NCBI GenBank assembly: GCA_008632985.1
Contig: QPGO01000028.1
Span: 491,598 to 555,597 of the forward strand
Reading direction: 5' to 3'
Source: Psammoneis japonica
Taxonomy: Eukaryota
DNA length: 64,000 bases
Shown here: positions 12,601 through 23,124 of the stretch, piece after piece
Layout: every line of letters starts with the position of its first letter
Position numbering within the stretch: the first letter of the stretch is position 1
The notes under the pieces: generated by a model
The model's database searches: none
Seen by the model: only the letters and a program-made list of their open reading frames with translations
What the model was told of the DNA's origin: nothing
Program-made: the position numbers and the translations under genes

Positions 12601-15600
12601 GTGATTTTGTCAACTTTGTTTGGTTGCTTTTTTTTTTTAAATCACACACACCAAGAATTTTGCAAACAAACTTTGCCCCACATTTTTGCTCCAATCCAAC
12701 TCTCTCCAAATTGACAATGTGAAAGTGGAGCCATTGCAATCACTTCATTGTGTTCTCAAAAGATCCCTTGGATCCAAGTCGTTGCTCTGCACAGCAAAAC
12801 TTGGGACCAGCATCCTTTGCTTTCTTGAAGACTGCCACCACAGCAACTCCCTCTCCACCTCACTCTCAGTCAACACACAAAACCAACCTCCTGCATCCAC
12901 AAATTGATTGTGTTCATTGATTGATCTTTGCATTGCCACCAGCTTTGGCTCAGCAGGTGCCAAAATTCTGGCAAGCGGGTGGTGGACAAAGAGCCGGCAC
13001 ATGACATGGCATCATGAACAACTGAATTGGCGCCTTTGTCAACAACTCACCACAAAGTCAAAGGCACAGAGGAGAACACATTCAGACAGTCCACCTGTCA
13101 AACAGGTGCCAAAAGACAGTGTGTCAAATGCACTCTTGTGAAAACAAAGGGAGCTTGGATGACTTTTGCAGCATCACAACAATTGCCATCATTGGCATGA
13201 GATTTGATCAAATTCCTTGCAACAGCATGGCAGCAATGGTCTGTGCACTCATCAGGAGTGTGCCTGCCATGCCAGCTTGGATTTGCTTGACCCTTCAACC
13301 AGCCACTGGACTTGAGCAAATCTCTGTGGGTGTAGATTTGCTTGCTTGCATCACAAGTTTGTTGACTGGGGTGTTTTCAGATGTGGACAACAAACAATTT
13401 GCACAATTTTGTTTTGGAGCACTCATTTGCCAACAGCTCTGGGGGGCATTGTTGCAATTTTGAAAGTTTGGTGTCAACTTTTGACATTGGTTTTTTTGCA
13501 TGCTTCATCTGTGAACAGAGAAGAGCCAAATCTCAACCTTTGACAATGAAATTTGTCACAAGTTGCTGTCACACAACAGAGCACCAAATGGTTGGGACCC
13601 ATTGCTGTGTTGTTGTGCCTTCAGCACAGATCAGGGAGGAGATTGTGGTCTGTGCCTCTCCCCTGCACAAGTGGGGGTTCACTCATGATTCTGCCAATGC
13701 GTTGGATTCTCCGTGTTGCATCAGCACACAAAGCTGCAAGCAAGCCTTCAGAACAAGCCAGGCAGCAAGATTGTTCTTTCTTTCATCAATGACATGCTGC
13801 AAAAGAACGTCAATGAGTTGAGAGCAAGCTTTCCTTGCAGCTCATTGCTGCCCACCCTTCATGGCTCTCTGCCCACCAAGCTTTGCACTTGGGTTCCCCA
13901 AAAGCATGAGCTCCAGCTTGCTTGAGGTCTGGTTTCTTGTGGCTTGTGCTGCAGCCAGCCAGAGAGTGCTGCCAACTGGGAGTGCTTCATCCACCAGAGA
14001 AAAGAAGGCTGGAGAGCAACTCGTCCACAAAAATTGTCGCCAACACTCACAGAAAGGGGCCACAGGCACACCCCTGCTGTTGCACAGACCCCTCCAGTTT
14101 GTGTGTTTTTGCCAGCAAAATGTGCCTTCAACCTTTGTCCATCAAGCCAGCAGGCATGAAAAACATTTCATGTCTGAGAAAGAGCCAGTGTTGGGGCTGG
14201 CAAACAACATCACCCTGCAATGTGACTGGTGCAAAATCTGCGCAAGTGCACAGATGTGCTCTGGAGCTGACAAAAAACAAAAGCAGGGACATGGGGGGGC
14301 AAGCAAAGGTGACAAAAACAAAACAAAACAAAACAAAAAGCAAGCCAATGACAACAAGAAGAGATTGGAAGCTCAGGCTCAGTGGCTTGACTGTGTGTGC
14401 AAGAAGATTGACATTTTTGCTGTGGAGCTTCCCACTTTGAATGACCAGTGTAAAAATGCTCTCAAATTGAGGGTGTTCCATTGGTTGCAACTGAGCACAC
14501 TGTGGTGCACACACAGAACATGTGTCAAAAATCACCTCTGCCAGTCTCCAGCACATGAGCTTGAAAGTCAACCACCCTTGTTGGCTTGCCCAAGCAACAT
14601 GCATCTGCACAAATTCACAGAGCCACTGACTGTTGTCCATTGGCCGCTTCATTGTTGTTGGCACACGGTGATGAAAACAGACTGTTTGAATTCAAAAACA
14701 AGAAAATTGAACAGGAGCAGATCTTCTGAACCTGGCAATTGATCTGCCAGCCCCATTTTTCCAAACAGTGCATTGCATGTTGCTGAAAACCCCCTGCCAA
14801 CAGAAGATTGGGCCAGCCAGAGCACTTTATTTCAAGAGCACACATTGCAACACTTGGTGCTTTCCAAAAGAATGCACACCGCGCCATTGTTTGATGATCA
14901 CTGCCACATGGACACAGCCATCTTGGTTGATCCATCCTCTCAGATCATGGGTGCAACACAATCAGAGCCATGGTGCATTGGACACAAAGACACCACACAA
15001 ACAATTCAAACTCCTCCAGTCTTTGTCCACCTCACTCATCATCAGTGCTGACCTGTGCAAGAGAGCTCCAAGAGGAGCTCCAAGAGAAGGAATTGCAGCT
15101 GATGAGTGGTGGAGAAGTGCCACCTTTCCAAGCTTCTCAACACCAGTGTGGGTGTTCAGTCTCAGGCTCGAAAGCCAGCTGTGAAAAGAGCAAGCTTTTT
15201 CAGGAGCTGCCAATGAGCTGGGGAGAAAAAAGCACCTCAGTTTGCATTGTTGCTGGTGGCAACAGCAGAATCACAAATTCTTGCTCTGCCAAACAGCCGC
15301 GCCATTCAGGAAGGTTGTTGAGTGCAAAAGATGCAAACAAGAACCCTTTTGCAAAAAGGAGGGGGTTGTGGCACAAAAGCTGCTCAAAATCCACCCACCA
15401 TGGAAAGAACATGAGGGCCAACCAAAACGCAGCTGTGCGCCATTTCGCTGCAAGCAATGCAAGAAAGAATGTCAAAAAATGCCAGGTCATTGTCAGCCCC
15501 CAACTGAGGAAGGTGTGAAAGACCTTTTTCATGCTTGTGCTTGTGCCTCAAAAAACAACAAGCCGTCTGCAACACAGCCATCATGTGTCCCATGCCATGC

Positions 15601-16020
15601 TGCTGTGGCTGCTGCTGCCATCAGCACTGTCTCACATCAAATGGCGCCACATGTGCACTCTGCCACTGACATTGAAGATGATGTCCTTTCTTGAGAGGCG
15701 CCAAAGAGAGAGAGATTGTTTGCACAAAAAAGTTGGCTCCTGCTGCAAGAGGGAAAAAATTCATGCTCTGTTCTGACTTGGCCTTTGGCTTCACATCTTC
15801 TGGACTCATGTCCACCCAGGTTTCATGCTGCCTTGAATGAGAGATCAGGGGTGGCAACATCTCCTGGCCAAACATCGTTTGTTGCCGTGGCCACGCGGCA
15901 ACACAACAACGGAGCTTTGATGTGCGCATCAGAGGGGGGGGCTGAAATCATTGTCAGGAAAATCAGTGGAAGCAGCCAAGCTCACAGCTGCTGGAGAGCA
16001 TGAGGTGGGAGGTGCGGTGA
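3700..16020. other. CpG- and TpA-depleted hypermutated block B (~12 kb of decayed genes/TEs)
   Basis: Hand count in 5401-6000: 0 TA and 1 CG. No coherent long ORF. Boundaries are graded and approximate. Confidence 0.9.
10007..11726 (-). pseudogene. Decayed Crinkler-like P-loop NTPase gene with putative C-terminal restriction-endonuclease-like domain
   Basis: Colinear frameshifted fragments: Walker A CSGGPGLGKTT, Walker B VVVNFDET, then TLSGT, then a terminal EEHDK...HLFVIITD...IGPLLA segment. The Crinkler-family call rests on my recall of that architecture. Confidence 0.6.
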
Positions 16021-16117
16021 TTATTGTACAGCAGACAGTTGAGAACGAGCCTGGTCACCTACCAACGCACAGAAATGTCGCGGTCATTTTCTTCTTGTTC
16101 ATAAAAATGACTTGAAA

Positions 16118-16267
16118 GACAAAGTCTGGCACAATGTAGTTACCGGTACGTAGAATAGACACAATGAAAAACGCAACCGAGCAGCAACGGGGCGGGCGAG
16201 ACAAAGTCTGGCACAACGCAGTTACGTAGAATAGACACAATGAAAAACGCAACCGACCAGCAACGGG
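16118..16267 (+). repeat. Two-copy tandem duplication (82-bp period) upstream of the sulfatase-like gene
   Basis: gacaaagtctggcacaa...tacgtagaatagacacaatgaaaaacgcaaccga occurs at 16118 and 16200. Confidence 0.9.
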
Positions 16268-16278
16268 CACCATAACCA

Positions 16279-18636
16279 ATGAAACCAGCAACAGCAACGC
16301 ATCAACGAACGCGATCAAACGATCACCGCCTCGACAATAACGACATGAATCAAAAAGGCACTATCGTCATGAATTCGGAGCGGAATCCTCGTCAAAAGCG
16401 CTCTGCGTCGCAAGAGGAAATCTTGCCGTCACCATCAGTTTGGCACTATTATTTAGCTCGATACGTCGCTCTTGTCCTTTTGGCCGTCAGTTCAATCGCG
16501 TACAAGCTTGTGCTTTGTCATGCTCAACACAACATAGTCAGTGCGTCTTCCATGATTCTTTGGGGGCCTTCCATTTTGTTGCAAGATGCTGCTCTGATTT
16601 TGGTTCTTACACTTGTCAGCTCAGACGTCGTCCTGTTTTGGATTGAGCGTCGATTGAGTACCTGTTATTTTGTTTTCTGTCGATGGGGAACATTGAGCTT
16701 GGTGATATGCTGCAGTGTCGTGCAGACTTTGTTGGTCAGCGTCGAGATTCCGGCTCGGACAGTCAATCACATCTCGATTCCCTGGAAGCTTACCGTTTAT
16801 GTTGTTCGGCAATGGGATAGTTACAAGGGCATGATTCAAACCGAGATCGAACGAAACAAAGGCCAAGCATTTGGAGTGGCGGAAACCCTGCAGGGCATTT
16901 TGATCTGGACAATATTTCTTTCCTATATACTCCGACGTTGTTGCCGTAAGAAGAAGTTTCGTTGCTGCTGTACAGTGTCAAGCAAAGAGCCGTCTGTACG
17001 AAAAGGAAAGCTCTTGCCCGTTGCTATTCTTGGCTTTGTTTATATTATACTTGTTCAGATTCAGCGACCCGACACTCCATACCAGGAACTTTCCCATACG
17101 CCATTACTATCTGTTGGCCACCAAGTGTACATTGGGTGGAGAGAGTTTCAACAACAAGCCGCGGAGCAATCTGGAAGCGTGGGGGGCGATAGCAGCCAGA
17201 ATTCAACATTGACAGCAGTAAATGAAACAAATTTGGGGGATGCGCCGAATGTTGTACTTCTCTTTTTGGAGTCCGTCCGAGCGGATATGATGCCATTTAA
17301 TGGATCGTCTCGGTGGGGATCTACCTATGTCAAGGATACTAACCTGCATGACGAAATCACTCCATGGTATGCTGGTTGGACCAAAGATCCGTTTACTGCC
17401 TATGTCCCTCATATGACTTCTGCTTCTGGATTTACCCACAAGTCCTTCTTCAGCATTCTCTGCGCCAGGATGGCCGTTCCCATCAGGATGACTACGGAAC
17501 ACGAGCACAAACAAAAAATGACGGAAACTTGCTTGCCAAAAATACTCCAACAGAGTGGATACACCGTCAAGTTGTTCAAGGGTATGACTCAAGAGTTTAA
17601 TCATCAAACAACGCTGGCTAAATTACTAGGCTTTCCCGATGTCTATGGCTCGGAGAGCCGCACTTCTGGTGAAGGTCCAGGCTTTAAACAACAGTGGAGT
17701 ACTCCCATGGGACTGGAGGATGATGTCATGATGGAGCCAATGATGGAATGGCTCGACGGTCATATGAACACGACAAAGTCGACTTTTCCGCCGTTCTTTC
17801 TCATGTACATGACAAGCATCACACATTGGCCGTACAGGCCTCCGAGGAACAACTGGGCGCTAAAACGCTTTAGCGAGAACAACGAGGTGAATGGCCTTCT
17901 GAATGACTTATCCTACACTGATCGGTTCATGGAAAATTTTGTGAAGGAGTTCGACAAGAGGAACTTGACGAACAACACTCTGTTTGTGATCCTGGGGGAT
18001 CACGGAATGGATGCTCTAGATCATTTGAAGAAGAACCCGACAACGTTTGAGATATATCACGAAGAAATGTTTGATGTCGGTGTGACGTTCCGATTGCCAA
18101 CAGACAAGAAAAATATACGACGGATTGAAGCGAACGACCGCGGCAGCTGGAATACTATGGACATTACTCCGACAATTCTAGAGTTACTCAACATTACTGA
18201 TGCCGATCAGATCCACCCCAACGAGATGGATGGCCGATCCATGCTTGGTCCGTCAAACGCTACCGGTAGACTGAGTGTCCGAATTGCGAATCCAGGCGAT
18301 GGTCTCGTAATGCGAGACGGAGACCTCATATTTTGGGACAAACCCAACCCCACGACTTCCACAACGTCGTATGTCATTTATGACCTGCAAATGGATCCTT
18401 TACAGAATGAACCTTTTCAGTTTTCAAGTGAGGGGGAATTGACTCCTCCAACTGGACTCGGTGGTGTTGTTCAGAATAGGCTTGAGGAATTGACCTTGTG
18501 GGGACGGAAAGCGAAAGCGTTTCTGCAACGTCTTCGTACCGACTTGGAGTTGGAGCTCAAAGCTGGTTTTCGGCCCGAGAATTCCATAGCGACACAGCTT
18601 CGTACATTGGAGTCGTTGAGTCAATGGGACATGTGA
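16279..18636 (+). CDS. Membrane-anchored sulfatase / LTA-synthase-like protein (alkaline phosphatase superfamily)
   Basis: 785-aa ORF with several N-terminal hydrophobic helices, PNVVLLFLESVRAD, THWPY, LFVILGDHG, DITPTILELL, MDGRSML and YDLQMDP. Start may be a slightly later ATG. Confidence 0.85.
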   Translation: MKPATATHQRTRSNDHRLDNNDMNQKGTIVMNSERNPRQKRSASQEEILPSPSVWHYYLARYVALVLLAVSSIAYKLVLCHAQHNIVSASSMILWGPSILLQDAALILVLTLVSSDVVLFWIERRLSTCYFVFCRWGTLSLVICCSVVQTLLVSVEIPARTVNHISIPWKLTVYVVRQWDSYKGMIQTEIERNKGQAFGVAETLQGILIWTIFLSYILRRCCRKKKFRCCCTVSSKEPSVRKGKLLPVAILGFVYIILVQIQRPDTPYQELSHTPLLSVGHQVYIGWREFQQQAAEQSGSVGGDSSQNSTLTAVNETNLGDAPNVVLLFLESVRADMMPFNGSSRWGSTYVKDTNLHDEITPWYAGWTKDPFTAYVPHMTSASGFTHKSFFSILCARMAVPIRMTTEHEHKQKMTETCLPKILQQSGYTVKLFKGMTQEFNHQTTLAKLLGFPDVYGSESRTSGEGPGFKQQWSTPMGLEDDVMMEPMMEWLDGHMNTTKSTFPPFFLMYMTSITHWPYRPPRNNWALKRFSENNEVNGLLNDLSYTDRFMENFVKEFDKRNLTNNTLFVILGDHGMDALDHLKKNPTTFEIYHEEMFDVGVTFRLPTDKKNIRRIEANDRGSWNTMDITPTILELLNITDADQIHPNEMDGRSMLGPSNATGRLSVRIANPGDGLVMRDGDLIFWDKPNPTTSTTSYVIYDLQMDPLQNEPFQFSSEGELTPPTGLGGVVQNRLEELTLWGRKAKAFLQRLRTDLELELKAGFRPENSIATQLRTLESLSQWDM

Positions 18637-19021
18637 AAGATGCTTCCGACATCGTCAGCATGGTGTGGCGGACATCTTTGATCAGATGTAAGTAGGGAGA
18701 ATAGCCACTAGAGGGCAAACGAAACTGCTACCTATAACGCAACATTGCCCTGCATTTCAACCCAGAATTTAGATGTGTGTTTCAGCATGTTTGCGAGCCA
18801 TGTAGATACAGCACTTCACTTAGAAATCAGCATTGTTGAGAAAAGTGGTGCTCTTCTCTCGAAACTCGCGGAGACGGTCAGACCTACCATGCCACCATGT
18901 TGGCGTTGTTCGTTGTTGGCTGGATATTTTGTTGATTGAATGTTGTTGCGTTGGAGCATTGCAGAGCCGTAGAATTGTCGAAAATGGCGCTACTAGCAAC
19001 TTCTTGAACGGCCACAACAGC

Positions 19022-20122
19022 ATGAATGCAGAATCCTACATCATCCAATGTGCATCAACGCATAATTGGAACCAACTGACAAGTCGTTGCAACGCCCTCT
19101 GTGAATTTGTACAAAGAGTAGGAGGTAGCGCATCATGGACGGAGCTCTCGTCGATTGACAACTGGGGAAACAACATTCTTCACATTGCGTGTTATAACAG
19201 CGCACCGGTTCATGTCATACAAACAATTCTGAGGACGTGTCAGATTTGTGACTGTTCGCTTGTAGATCGCCGGTCCTACGACGGGAGCTCGCCGTTGCTA
19301 GTGGCGTGTGCAACCGGTGGGAGCGTGGAAACCATACAAGAGCTGTTGAACGCACCATGCTCGGATGAGAATCATTGTCTTGCTACTCTTTGTGATTATC
19401 AGGGGAACTCGCCACTTTCTGAACTTTGTGTTCAGTACGAGCTTGAACGAAAATCACCAGCACACCGTGATGATTCTCCATCGTTGGATGATTCTAATCT
19501 ATCCCATTTCGGATTTTCTAGGCTTTTGAATATATTTTGGGAAAAGGTTTTGCTTGTTGTAAATTCGGCACAGTCCAAGCGTCTCTCTAGCAATCCAGAC
19601 CTTATTGGTCCTCGCTTTATTCTCCGTGGGTGTTGCTTGATTTCAAAAACGTGTCCTCCAATTCTTACCCGGCTTGTTTGCAGGAGCTTTCCAGAGCAGG
19701 CTGCGGAATGCGATGCCCGTGGTGTCTATCCACTGCACTATGCGATGGATAGACGTGACACAGATGCCTTCACTGGCAACGGCCAAAACGTTGGGATTCG
19801 AAACCGAGCTACCATGATTAAACGGGTGTTACAACTGTACCCGTTGGCTGCGAAAACGACAGTTGCGGATACGATGCGCACTCCGTTTTGCCATGCCATT
19901 GTTCAGGATTTGCATTGGAACGCAATCGATACAAACGAGGAGACGGGGGTTCTTCAAGAAATCTACAAGTGTGCACCCGTGGCTCTGTCTTGCCGTGATG
20001 TTGTTACAGGCCTTTACACATTTCAGTTGGCTGCTACTGTTGAAAATCCGGCATGCAGAATTCGACAATTGGATACAATATACTCCTTGTTGCGACAACA
20101 CCCACAACTGAACTCTCTGTGA
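19022..20122 (+). CDS. Ankyrin-repeat-like protein
   Basis: Ankyrin-like motifs DNWGNNILHIAC, DGSSPLLVAC, GNSPLSEL and GVYPLHYA. First ATG of the 18833-20122 ORF. Confidence 0.75.
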   Translation: MNAESYIIQCASTHNWNQLTSRCNALCEFVQRVGGSASWTELSSIDNWGNNILHIACYNSAPVHVIQTILRTCQICDCSLVDRRSYDGSSPLLVACATGGSVETIQELLNAPCSDENHCLATLCDYQGNSPLSELCVQYELERKSPAHRDDSPSLDDSNLSHFGFSRLLNIFWEKVLLVVNSAQSKRLSSNPDLIGPRFILRGCCLISKTCPPILTRLVCRSFPEQAAECDARGVYPLHYAMDRRDTDAFTGNGQNVGIRNRATMIKRVLQLYPLAAKTTVADTMRTPFCHAIVQDLHWNAIDTNEETGVLQEIYKCAPVALSCRDVVTGLYTFQLAATVENPACRIRQLDTIYSLLRQHPQLNSL

Positions 20123-20550
20123 AATTTGACAAATGGATGGAGCAGGAGCTCTACGTTGGATTCTTAGAGGTTTGTTTTATAGAGATCTCATAAAGTAAAT
20201 TAGAAAGGTTCAAATGAATTCGTTCAACAGATAGATTATCCAAGATGATCATAGAAAGCACATGAACAGTGAGAAACTGCTTGCCGGCAAAGTAAAGCCA
20301 TTCATTCCGTGAGACTTTAGTTTTGCGAGGGATCCGTCCTCACGGAGTCATTCAATAGAGAGATCGAATATCCAATCAGATCATAGAAAACGCATAAGAA
20401 TGCGAGAGAATTCTTGCAGTATAAAAAAGCCATTCGTGCAATAGAACAGAAAGATTCAAGATCATAGAAGTCATGCAACGAACACTTGAGGAACCACCTG
20501 CACCAAACTAAAGCCATTCAATCCGCGGCCATAGTGCGAGGGATCCGACC

Positions 20551-22638
20551 TCATGGAGTGCAGCACTCTGCTGCACTCTCTTTTTGAACTACCGAGCAAC
20601 TTAAAATTACAGAGGTGGTGCCGTTGGGCGCAATCCCTAGGTTCGAGAAAAACTCAACCTACACTCGGCATTTATATAAAAGAGACAAACGTTAGAACAA
20701 ATGCGAAATGAATGAATTAACAAACGATGCAAATGCACTTACATGGAAACAAGTCGTAGTCTGATTGAGTGTCTGAGAAAACACCAGACGATCCGGCTCT
20801 GGAAGAAGATCGTTTGTACCGCCACACAGTCTACAGAATGTTCGCGGGTTTTCGACTTGAGGGCATCCACAGTACGCTCCGATTCCCAGGCAGGCAGGAC
20901 AGATAACACTGAACAGAGGATCGGATCGGAGGAGAGAAAATGCAATTCCCGAAATGTCCTCACACGCAATGCCCGGAATAATCTCTCGCGACAGGTTTCC
21001 AGGAACACGAGTCGGACCCCCAGGTTCACAAATGCGACAAAACATGCCCTCTGACGGGCACATGCAAATTTCTTCGCCGATAAAACCGGCAGTGAGACAA
21101 TCGCTAGCCGTGGACTTTCGAACCATGACCTGATCTTGGAGATCCCCACAAGTAACCGGGAACCCACTGTCCACACGCACAAGCGTTTGCTCTTGGGACT
21201 CATCGATCAAACTTCCGTCCGGGCATAGAGTATCACAGAAGTTTTCACAACCGCAATCCGTCGCGAAGGCCTGGAATTCCTCTTCGCATCGAACGGAATC
21301 AAGCACATTTGTCGCCGCCGACTCAAACTCACCACACGTCATACCAGACTCGGACAAGAAAAAGTCGGGCACAGCTACGGGGCTGCCATCGGGACACACA
21401 GTGCAAGCAAACTGGGTTGGGGGTCCAGTGGCAGGTATCGCAACAGGAGCAGCTGATGGCATCGATGTAGTTGTTGCCGGAAGCTCCGCTGTAAATGGAA
21501 TCAATGTTGGTGATGACTGGGGAACACCTCTTCTCATACGATTCTGAGCAACGCCCACATCATCTCCAAAGTAAACCTCGTAAAAGCCGCCAATCAAACC
21601 ATCCCCACCAGAATCTGTAATCGTATAGATACATTCACTTCCCGCAACAACCTCGTTGGTAACTTCCAGCCGAAAGCTTGGAATCAATACACCAATTGGT
21701 AAAAATGCATAAGAACCTTCCGGCACACTCTGGATTTCAGCTCCATCACACTCTAGTTTCCATCCTGTCTCTTCAGGGGCCTTGTCTAGCTGTATTACTA
21801 ACGTGACAGTACTAATGGCGGTGGGCGCCGGACTCGATGTCGGAGACATTGTGTCCACAGGATTACCGCCATCCGAACTCGTTCCAAGCACTACACCCAC
21901 GATAATCCCTATCAAAGCCAAGACCAACAATGTTAACGTAATCAGAATGGATCTCTTCTTGTACCAGGGCTTGTATTCAACAGCCTTGGCCTCAACCAGA
22001 TTCGCGTCGTCCTGATCCTTTACTCTGCCTGAACCGTCTGCTCCTTTCGGCAAGTTGGATTCCTCATCATCCACCAAGAATGCGTGCACCATCACATCGT
22101 TTTGGCTTATTTGCTGAGACGTGGGGTCTAGCGATTGCTCTCGAGCCGGATCCGCTAAATCAACACCCGGAACCCTCTGGGCGCCCGGTTTGGAAGCTGA
22201 ATGGTCCGGAAGCCCCCCCTCGTCAAAGTGACCCAATGATTTAGAGGCATCGTCCTTGCCTCCACTTGCTCTCTGTTTCTCCCTGGCTTTTATCTCTTCG
22301 TCAGTCTCTTCTTGTTGCGCAGCTCGTGCTTTTCCAGTCGGATTAGCTGCAGCTGCTGCGGCATTACTTGCCGGTGCCTCTTGGGCCCCATCTGTAGAAT
22401 CAACACCCGCAATTCTCTCGGCTCCCGGTTTAGAAGCTGAGTCTTCCTTGGTGCCTCGTCTTGCTCTTCTCCATTTGAGGTTGGCTTTTATCTCTTGATC
22501 AGTTTCTCCTTGTTGCGTCGTAGTACGTTGTTTCGCAGTCGAAGAAGAAGATGCGACTTTCGACCCCCCTGGTACTGGGGGACCGTCATCTGGGACGTCG
22601 GTATCAGCGCCAGGTCCTTTTCCTCGAACGGATGTCAT
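20551..22638 (-). CDS. Single-pass membrane protein with Cys-rich C-terminal repeats (2 exons; intron 20659-20742)
   Basis: Disordered N-terminus with two internal repeats, TM helix ILITLTLLVLALIGIIVGVVLG, PT/PS linker and CxxCPDG...TC...CGC repeats. Splicing the GTAAGT...TGTAG intron gives the end VEFFSNLG...AECCTP*. Confidence 0.8.
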
Positions 22639-23124
22639 GGTTGTTCTTGAAACTCAAGGATGGAAGAGGAATGATGTTTGTGAGAATTGTGGGAAGAACC
22701 GCATGTGATGTGAGATCTTGTGCGACGACCAATCAGCTGCGAGAAGAAACGCTGTGTTTGACACCACGAAGGTCGTGTCACGACTCGACAAACGCTGTTG
22801 CGGAATCTTCGTATCTTTTCTATTCATCGTCGGCGAGAACCGTAAATGCGGCTGTTATCAACAAGCATCTCTCCCTAAACGAGAGCAGATCCGTTAGATA
22901 GGAACCTTTGGTGCGTACCGGTATACAGCAACAATTCTTCAAAATGTAGTTGCCGCAGATGTGATAGAATCGAGGCTGGCATAAAGAGTCCACCAACAAC
23001 AAAGTCAGGTTCTTCCTATGTGCAAAAAAAAAAAACCTCTTTTGCTGTTTCGATAACGCATGTTCTGTGTTAGACCGACTCAGAGGGACAGTACACCCAA
23101 TTCCGGAGGGACACGACACGCATA

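Noticed and set aside
1..16020. Dense overlapping 60-290 aa ORFs in all six frames, rich in Cys/His/Gln/Met/Trp
   Set aside because: Artefact of TpA loss: TAA/TAG stops and Tyr codons are missing, so frames stay open. These are not Cys-rich or metal-binding proteins.
3700..16020. Explanation by classical fungal RIP or by CpG methylation decay alone
   Set aside because: RIP raises TpA and lowers CpA/TpG, the opposite of what is seen. 5mC deamination does not remove TpA.
20295..20560. Short diverged direct repeat (aagccattca...gcgagggatccg) near the membrane-protein gene end
   Set aside because: Looks like a minor local duplication of the 3' end with no further structure.
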